Assembly (NCBI RefSeq): GCF_009914755.1
Contig: NC_060937.1
Length of the DNA stretch: 64,000 nucleotides
Source of the DNA: the human T2T-CHM13v2.0 reference genome, Homo sapiens
Direction: 5' to 3' (one strand)
The notes beneath the pieces are model-generated. The model searched no databases, was not told the origin of the DNA, and saw only the letters and a list, made by a program, of their open reading frames with translations. Every line of letters begins with the position of its first letter. The first letter of the stretch is position 1. Position numbers and translations under genes: made by a program. This document shows positions 51,172 to 64,000 of this stretch, one piece after another.

Positions 51172-53044
51172 TGTTGTTAGGAGTAGAAGTGCAGTTTGGG
51201 AAGCACTGCTTTGTAGCATCCAGCTTTGTGCAATATGTATATTAGTTGCTCAAGTACTGTTTCTGGAAGAGAATTCATTCTATGTTGAATGATTTAAATG
51301 TGGTCTTTTTTGAAGCTAGGAAGATTTTTTTGTCTTTTCTGTAAAATGCTCATAGAGAATTAATTATTAAAGTGTTCTATAACCCATTTCATCTCTATTT
51401 TTTCCTTCACAAAAGTAAAATACTGTTTTTTGGAAACATATCATAATTCTAACAAATTCTAATACTATTTAGAAGTAATACACCACATCCGTTTTCCAAG
51501 TTTATATTATAAATACCTAAGGAATTTTTATCACATTTAAATGTGTTTCCTTTCCTATGATAGAAATGGGATGTTGCCAACTCTATGAGAAGCACAAAGA
51601 TGGCTTCCAGCAGATGTGTGTATTACACATATATTACAGTGTCTGTGTTTAAAGTTAATCTTTTCCTGAACAGGTTTAAGAGATCTAAGTGAGTGCTTGT
51701 AAATTTGAGTCAGTGTTGGAGAGCAGTAAAAAAATAAGCAAGGAATGAGCAGATTTCAACAAGTGGTTTTATTGCTGTAAAACTACTCTATGCCCACCCC
51801 ACCCTAAACGTCATTGCAATAGGCAACTGTAGGACTCATAAAGAACTGAAAACACTTAGATTGTACTACAGCAAACTTTGTGATTGACAATGCTGAGACA
51901 GGCTATAAAATTCCCCAGTGCTGGTCAAATTCTCTTTCTATTTTAGTAAAGTTTCTCTGCTTAGGTTTGCATATATTTATCCTGAGAGTTGAATCTCCTT
52001 TACTGATTTTGGTTGCTACTTATTGTTTCATCCATTCGTGGAACACAAGTTCAATTTTTTTCAAGGCAAGTCTTTCCGTATCTCAAAGTATGGTGACAAG
52101 AATTCTATTCTGGGAAGCATAAATTCTGTTAAGATATTAGTAGATTTATTTTCCATATTGTTTAAATAGTCACATTTTTATAAATGCTTCTTGAAAGAGT
52201 GGTGCAGTAATAAAGATAAGTTCGTACTGAGAAATGTCATGTTTAACTTTCAAATTTGACCTTTATGTACAACTTCAATTACAGGTATCTTTATTTTTGA
52301 ATACTAATATTTGATTCATTTTATGACTAGACATTTGATTCAGGAGCAAAACACTCTTTTTTATTTATTTGTAGTATAATTCAATGAATTCAACTGCTTC
52401 TTTCTCCAAAAAGTTTTCTCTACTTCATTATATCCATATACTACTAATTGATCAGGTCAATTTTTATGCATGTGCTCTCCATTTCTAGTTCTCCCTGTTT
52501 CCCGCCACATATATACACACCTAGTCCAAGTAATGGAAAAGGAAATGATTTAAACCTAATTGTATTGGTGGTAAATTATGTATGTACTATTAAGAGATTT
52601 TTATACTGGTGTTTCTTCAGGAAGCTTCCAGATTTTCTCAAATGCTTAAAGGCTCTATCTTTTTGTGGTATAGTAAGGCCTCTTTCATAATAAGCATAAT
52701 CTCTTTCATCAAAATGGCCTCATAAAATTCCCTCAAGACCAGCACTATATGGTTTTCATCTCCTCCATTTCATAGACCCTAATACAGAAATTTCAAACAT
52801 TTAAATAATTAAAAAAATTAAATCGATCAGAATATTTTACCTTTTTCTCATGAAGCTTGTTTAGGTGACAATAGTTTTAATATTTTAATGAATTAAAGCT
52901 TTAATTCGCTGGTTTTCAAGCTGAATTTCTATGATCATAAGTTCCATAAGAGCCATATTTTCATTGGTACTTGTCATCATTATTAAGAATTCAAGATGCT
53001 GCTCATAGTGCCTAGAATTTAGTCAAAGTATAGTTCTTCTTTTG

Positions 53045-53254
53045 CAGCAGAATGTGAGGGGATGGGAGTAGTTCACCCTGGGTGCAGGCAATAAGGGGTT
53101 GCAATGTCTGTAGAGAACTTAAACCAACTGAAAGCCAGTCTACTTTTCATTATGGACATGTACCAGCACTTCCAAACAATGTCAGTAATAAATAACTCCT
53201 CTCCATTGGGGTACACTACTCCAAAGCCTTCCCCTCATCCAGTGTGCTACACTG
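53045..53254 (+). mobile_element. MER97-like hAT-Tip100 element, short form
   Basis: CCCTGGGTGCAGGCAATAAGGGGTTGCAATGTCTGTAGAGAA...AAACAATGTCAGTAATAAATAACTCCTC. Confidence 0.7.
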
Positions 53255-53916
53255 ATGCTTCAGACCATAACTTTTCAAACAAAATTGCTTATTAGTTTGC
53301 AGCGGTTAAGTCTTTCAAAGCGCATTTTATAAAAAAAGCATTTTACAGATTCTTGAATGGGCCTGGATTTCAGAATTAAGTCATCTCAACAAAGGGAGCA
53401 GTTTTGACTTCATTTAGTGACAATAAAGAACAGCCATGTACTGTGATCCTGGGCTCTGAACACTGAAGTCTTTGGAGGTGGCCTTTCTAGAGGTAACTTA
53501 GCTCTCAGAATGTCAAAAGGCTTTTCGGTGTCTTCTCCGATTCCTTCCCCGACCTTCTCTTCTCTATCTGCTTTGCTGTGAATGTAGGCAGCTACACTTG
53601 TTACTTAAAGATAAGTGAAGATACTGGCTAAAATTGGGAATCTGTTCACAAAGAACACATGCTTGAGTAATTAAGATATGAATACATCATTATTATAGTT
53701 CTCATAATGTGTTTGCCTAGGACACTGCCACAAGCTATTCACAGTATGTGATTTGACTTCATTGAAAACATTAAGTGAACAATCATAATAATGCTCTTTT
53801 TCTCTCACAATCGCTCTATCATTTAATATGCCTTTTAAGATTCTAAAAACAATGTATAAAAACTTAAAGCAACTGACAACAAGATGAGTGGAATACATTT
53901 ACTCTGCATCTATTTA

Positions 53917-54438
<522 letters not shown>

Positions 54439-54640
54439 CAGAGTTGGCAAACTCAAAAGTCTACAAGGAACAACAGACAACACAAATGTCTGAATCAGTC
54501 TCATTGTAAGAGTAAGAGCAGGTGAGCTTATGTTTGGGCTAGAGAGTGTGGACCATGACCAAAGCCATTCAAACGTGCTTATTTATTTTGTAAAATATTC
54601 CAGTTCAATAAAGCAGTCTGAGTATCACTGGTTGTGACAC
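54439..54640. mobile_element. MER102-like hAT-Charlie fragment
   Basis: CAGAGTTGGCAAACTCAAAAGTCTACAAGG resembles the MER102 terminus. Confidence 0.5.
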
Positions 54641-55309
54641 CAATTCAAAAGGTTATACAGAGATAAGAGTTATATTTATGGGATGTAGGCTATGCCCATT
54701 TCCTGAAATAAAAGAAAAAAAATTAGCATCAAATGTGCTTACGCAGCAACAGGATGGATTTAGATTAATATTATGGAAAACCTCACAAATGATTCAAAAT
54801 TATATTATCGATATTATCCAATATAGTCATAGAGTCACCACATGTCTGTGTTGGCAAAAAGCCCTCTATTTTGCTCCTGAGCCCTCCGCTCCCACACAAT
54901 CAACAATCTAAGATCCCTGAGAGGTACCCTGCATGGGTCAGGGTTTGGGAGAGAGAGTGAGGAGTACCTGCTGCCCTTTGGCTCTTTACTATGTCTTGGT
55001 TGCTGCCCCATGTTATTGTTGAACACATGTCCTGCACAGTCTGGTCAGCATTTATCCATTGGCTGTTCTGCCATGTGCTGACTGGTTCCAAGCCATTCAA
55101 TGATCACAGTAATATTCCATTCTTGATGGGCAGGTTATAGCTGCCTTGTTTTATACTGATAAGCTCAGCTATTTTCCTCTTCATGCACAACTCTGTGTTG
55201 GGTGCAAAAAACCCAACAAAGAACTGTCTGAAACAAAAATACAATGGATGAGAATGAAAAGGTTATATAAAAGGTAAGAAAAAATAAATTTGGGGAAGAC
55301 AAGGAAAGG

Positions 55310-55671
55310 TGCTATACTGAATGTTTGTGTCTTCCCTAAATTCATATGTTGAAGCCCAATCCCCAGTGTGATGGTATTAGGGGTGAAGTCTTTGGGGCTC
55401 GATTAGGTCATGAGGATGGAGCCCTCATGGATGGGATTGGTGCCCTTATAAAAGGATGCTAGAGAGCTCTCTTGCCCCTTTCACCATGCGAGGACACAGG
55501 GAGAAAACAACCATCTGTGAATCAGGAAGCTGGCCCTCACCAGACACCAAATTTGTTGACTCTTTGATCTCAGAGTTTCCAGCTTCCAGAACTTTGAGAA
55601 ATAAATTTATGTTGTTTATAAGCTACCTAATCTAAGGCATTCTGTTACAGCAGCTTGAATGGGCTAAGGCA
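55310..55671 (+). mobile_element. MLT1A0 MaLR solo LTR
   Basis: TGCTATACTGAATGTTTGTGTC...GGATGGAGCCCTCATGGATGGGATT...GAGAAATAAATTTATGTTGTTTATAAGC...GGGCTAAGGCA. Confidence 0.92.
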
Positions 55672-55940
55672 ACATAGAAGAAATATCAGAAAAAAATTAT
55701 TATTTAACTTAAGTATTTGTTACTTTTGGAAGGATTACAATAATTAGAAAATAAACCAGTAATCAATGATATAATGGGAGAAAGTTTTCTCAGCTAAAAA
55801 TAAATATGGATATATAAATTGAAAACATTTATAGCATTTTACACAAAATCATTGACAAGATATCCACACCTAGAAATGCTTATGATATAAAAAATAATAA
55901 TTTATTTCTTAAGTAAGATATTCACATAATCAAAATATAA

Positions 55941-56280
<340 letters not shown>

Positions 56281-56409
56281 ATATGGAGAAAAATTTCTAT
56301 CCCATCTCTGTCTCTTCACTTTTTATATAAATGGTGGCATGCACATATGTTTTACTACACATATTTTTCACTTAATAGTGTATATTAAGTAATATTTCAA
56401 CTACATGAT

Positions 56410-57127
<718 letters not shown>

Positions 57128-57349
57128 CTAAAGAATATTCCATATCTCCTAAATAATACACATTTTCTACTTTTTCTTTTTCGTTTTTCCAATCATTGCA
57201 TAATGGGCTTTTATCTTTCTAAAAAACAGTTCAACCAGATCCAAGTCAGTAAACCCTATTCATTTACTCAGAACTTTCAAAGTATTTTAGCTCCTCTTAA
57301 TTGTGAGAAGACAACCAAGGATTGCCACACATTGAAGGATTCTTCTGAT

Positions 57350-57805
57350 ATGAAAAAAAGAGACTAGGCAAATAGAAAAAAAGGAAATTGAAGGAAATAG
57401 AAATTATTCATGAAAAAGAAAACTTAAAAGAATATATAGCATTTATAACCTGAGAAAGATAAAAGGGAGGCAAAAACATCCATGAAATAATAATTATATG
57501 ATATCAACATGGAACATTCAGAGGAGAAAATGGGTTGCTAGATATTAGTAATATGTTATAAAAATGAACATCTCAATAAAGTATGGTAAAATAAACAAGC
57601 AAATATTCTAGAAATTATAATAAAAATATAAAGATTTGTAAAATAAAAAAGCAAAGGTAAGAAAATCATAGTATCATCCCAGAAGATCTAATACCTGAAT
57701 AGTACAAGTTACAGAAATGGAAAACAGAAATATCAAAGACAGAAAATTGTAATTGATACAATTCAAGAAAATTTCCTGTACTCTGAGTTTCTCAACCAAG
57801 AATTC
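57350..57805 (+). mobile_element. HAL1 / ancient L1 ORF1-like relic, 5' part
   Basis: A-rich; ATCCCAGAAGATCTAATACCTGAATAGTACAAGTTACAGAAA...ATTCAAGAAAATTTCCTG. Continues after the L1MA insertion. Confidence 0.6.
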
Positions 57806-57811
57806 TGTTAA

Positions 57812-60872
<3,061 letters not shown>

Positions 60873-61660
60873 GAATGCCTACAAATGGATGAAAATGTAT
60901 CCATAACAAGGTAAGCATTGCAATATTTCAGAACACTGGGGAAAAAAGAGAAGGTCCTATAAGCTTCAAGGGAGAAAAGAATAATATAAAGGGTCAGAAG
61001 TGAGAATGGCTTCAGATTTCTTAATAGCCATACATGAAGCTTAAAGATAACAGAGAATTGCTCTCTCAAAATTATGAAGGAAAAATAATTTCCATATTTG
61101 AATTATTTTATTCACCAAACTATCAATCAAGGTTGAAGGCTGAATAAGAATTTCAAACATTGTATTTTATACATCTGTTCTCGAGAAGCTTCCGGAAAAT
61201 GTACTCTATCAAAAACAAGGGAGTAAATGAGGACCATGAAGACATGGGCTCAGGTATGAGGAGACCCACCACAGGACAGAGGTTGAAAAGTAATGGGAGA
61301 GTTCCAGGATGACAGTTATGCAGGAGGCCTGACTAGCAAACAGTCTAACCTAACCAGAAGGACAATATAAGTCTCCAAGAGGGATGTTTACAAGGTGATT
61401 AACCTCCTGGAAAACTGCACTGAGATCCTACTAGAATGTGCTTGGCACATTAAATGTACTTAGCTAAGGTAAAAAGGAAACTTAAAAAAAAGGAAAAACT
61501 ATAAACCAAGCAATTACTAACTCCATGGAAGAAAAAAGAAAACACAATAGTATATTAGAATGTTCAACTGTGAATAATGTTTGCACGGTTTTAATTATAT
61601 AATGTATAATTACACAAACACTAAATATGGATTTACCACAAAATTATCTTAACTTGGAGA
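60873..61660 (+). mobile_element. HAL1-like relic, 3' part
   Basis: ATTTCAGAACACTGGGGAAAAAAGAGAAGGTCCTATAAGCTTC, AGAATGGCTTCAGATTTCTTAATAGC, CCAAACTATCAATCAAG. Confidence 0.7.
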
Positions 61661-62489
61661 GATGCAGAGAGGATTGTAGAGGCCTAAACATACTTCAAAG
61701 ATGCAACACCCACAATATGAAGACAGCATATATTTGAATAATTATCCTCTGTAATGATGAAATTTCCAGAGACAAATGAGAAGGCCCAAGATTGTATTCC
61801 TTGGTAGTTTAAGCCCATAAATAAAACAAAACAAAAAGCTCCCAACGAATTTGCCTTATCTTTCTCACCCCATGAATTAAAAATCTAAGGATATTACAGT
61901 CTTTCTTAGTTTATACACTGCTCAGTCCTAGCCAGAGGGGGCCCTGTTCACTTGATTAGAGGTACAGTTCCATCCACAGCCACAGCTGGGGCTCTGTGGG
62001 ATTTTTTCAGGACTCTAGAAATTAAATCCGTTTCAGTTCAAGTCTCTAATATGTGCCTCCCTTTTAAGAGTCTGAATAGTTAACAATCCATGAGATTACC
62101 ACAGTTCTAGCCTCACACTTACAAAGGTGCAAAAATAAGTGGGCTACAGATCCAAAATCAGCAGTGCCAGGCAAAACAATGTTTCTAGTACTCCTCTTTT
62201 TAGGATTGCCAAACACCGGAGCAGAAGCTCAAGGAATCAGAATGAAGAAGAAAATCTTGTTTTTATCTTCAGCTTTTCAAGGTGTCAATCGATGTATGTT
62301 AATTTTCTGGAATAATAACCTAAAACTTAAAATCGGTTTGAGAAGAATTTCCCAGAAAGATGTTAACATTGGCCTATGTATTTAGTGGCTGTTTGGTAAA
62401 GGCCACACTGCATCCTGGCTCCTCTAGCAGAAGGGGCATCTGAGACACTCTTTCAGCAAAACGTAGATGTGTCTCCCTAGTCTCTGTGT

Positions 62490-62570
62490 TTATTTCAGGT
62501 TGACAGTCTCCTTAGTAGACTCCTGAACTGTGGCTTCTGCTGATGCTTCTGAAGCTTCTGTCCCTGAGAC
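62490..62570 (-). other. Candidate short terminal exon (unverified)
   Basis: Minus strand reads GTGTTTCTCCTCAATAG|GTCTCAGGG..., 26 open codons (VSGTEASEASAEATVQESTKETVNLK) and a TAA inside AATAAA. Confidence 0.2.
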
Positions 62571-62942
62571 CTATTGAGGAGAAACACTCTTTCCATGTGC
62601 TTCACGGTGCTATCTTTCGTTTGCTTTGGGATATGGCAGGCCAAGTGTATAGCATTTCTTCTGGCTGTATTGTTTTCTGCAATCATAGGATCAACTTCTA
62701 GTGTTTTCTTGCTCTCTGCTCTTCTTTTGCTCTGTTCAGGAAGACTCAGCTGAATTTGGGGACCGGCCTGCTAAGCACCTTTCCTATTCTTTTTTCAAAA
62801 TTCCCAGCCATTGTGCCAAAATGTTGAGATTTTTTAGGGGCTCTGGCTAAGTTTGCAACCAATGGAGAAATAAGACAACAGAGAGCAGAGACAGCACCCA
62901 AATCATCTTTATTACTGACAAAGACTAAGCTGGAGACATAAC

Positions 62943-63352
62943 TGTATGCATTCACTAAGGCCGCCATAACAAAGTACCACCATCTAGGTGGCATAAAACA
63001 ACAGAAATTTGTCTCATATTTCTGAAGACCAGAAGTCCAAAATCAAGCTGTTATCAGAGCCATGCTTCCTCTGAGACATGTATGGGAGATCATTCCTTGC
63101 CCCTTCGAGCTTCTGGTGTTTGCTGGCAATCTTTGGCATTCCTTGGGTTGTAGATGCATCACTCCAATCTCTGCCCCTGGTGTCACATGGCTGTTTTCTC
63201 TCCGTGTGTCTCTTCTTCTTCTTATGAAGACACCAAGAACAATGGCTTAGAGACCATCCACTCAAAGACCCTTTCAAATAAGGTCACATTCATAGGTACT
63301 GGGGTTAGGACATCAAAATGAATTTTTGGGATACACAATTCAACCCTTAATA
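62943..63352 (-). mobile_element. MLT1C-like MaLR solo LTR
   Basis: GCCGCCATAACAAAGTACCAC, CAGAAGTCCAAAATCAAG, AATAAGGTCACATTCATAGGTACTGGGGTTAGGAC; perfect TSD ATAAC at 62938-62942 and 63353-63357. Confidence 0.92.
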
Positions 63353-64000
63353 ATAACTCAGGGTGAGAGACTAATGGACTTGCTACTGAACCTCAAAATT
63401 AGGCAAATTTACCTGCCCACTCATAGCGTTCTACTTTGGGGAAGTCTCCCTATGACAAATAAAACTTATGGCACAGACAGCAGAGAGGAGCTCTTACTCC
63501 CTGGGGTAAGTCAACTCCCAGCCAGGAAAAACATGGAGCATAGCTGAGCATGCCTGTTCTTTCAAAATAGACTAGTTTAAGCCACTTTTGTACTCCTTGG
63601 AGATGTGAGTAAAAAGTGGAAGAAGACGAGAAGAGTCATACATCTACATGGGAGGAAACATCGGGGGTAAAGAGGAAGCCTTCCCTCAACCCAAATGTCA
63701 AAAGAAATTTTGAAAGAAAAGCCACAAAATGTAAAATAGTAATTCTACAACAATAACTTGACTTTAAAACTCCTAATTATATTAACAAGATTAGGAAATC
63801 ACGAATGAATTTCTGATCTTGTATAGGTAAGACTCAAAACTTAACATTTTATTCTTGACTTTGATAATAAGAGTGTAAAATATATGTATTATACCTATAT
63901 ATGGTATAATATATGTTATTTTTTAAACTGAAATATTATCACTATAAGAATTAAAACATTGGGTGTATGCCTTTTAACAGGATCCTAGAGAAGGTAAAAA

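Noticed and set aside
61929-61947. CTCF-like TAGCCAGAGGGGGCCCTG
   Set aside because: Spacing does not fit the CCASYAGRKGGCRS core without several mismatches.

Overview
This is primate genomic DNA (human or another simian; the species cannot be fixed from the sequence alone), AT-rich and without a CpG island. It reads as a large intron or intergenic region. A large part is decayed transposable elements: about 20 Alu elements or fragments (J, S and Y types), two long 5'-truncated L1s, HAL1/L1ME relics, MaLR/ERVL/ERV1 solo LTRs (THE1, MST, MLT1, MLT2, MER34), DNA transposons (Tigger3b, MER2, MER20, MER33, MER5, MER91, MER94, MER97, MER102, Arthur1), MIRs and L2s. Several are nested, with target-site duplications (TSDs) still readable. 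No protein-coding gene, RNA gene or CRISPR array can be supported, and the ORF track is explained by repeats or chance. I found no convincing new biological system. The best leads are a ~120-bp non-tandem duplication (37537-37655 / 38490-38609), several small fold-back hairpins consistent with template switching, a head-to-head Alu chimera, two candidate cryptic exons (4783-4880 +, 62490-62570 -) and repeat-free blocks with homeodomain/TCF motifs that may be enhancers. Repeat subfamily names come from my recall of consensus sequences, not a database search. Boundaries of old repeats are approximate.
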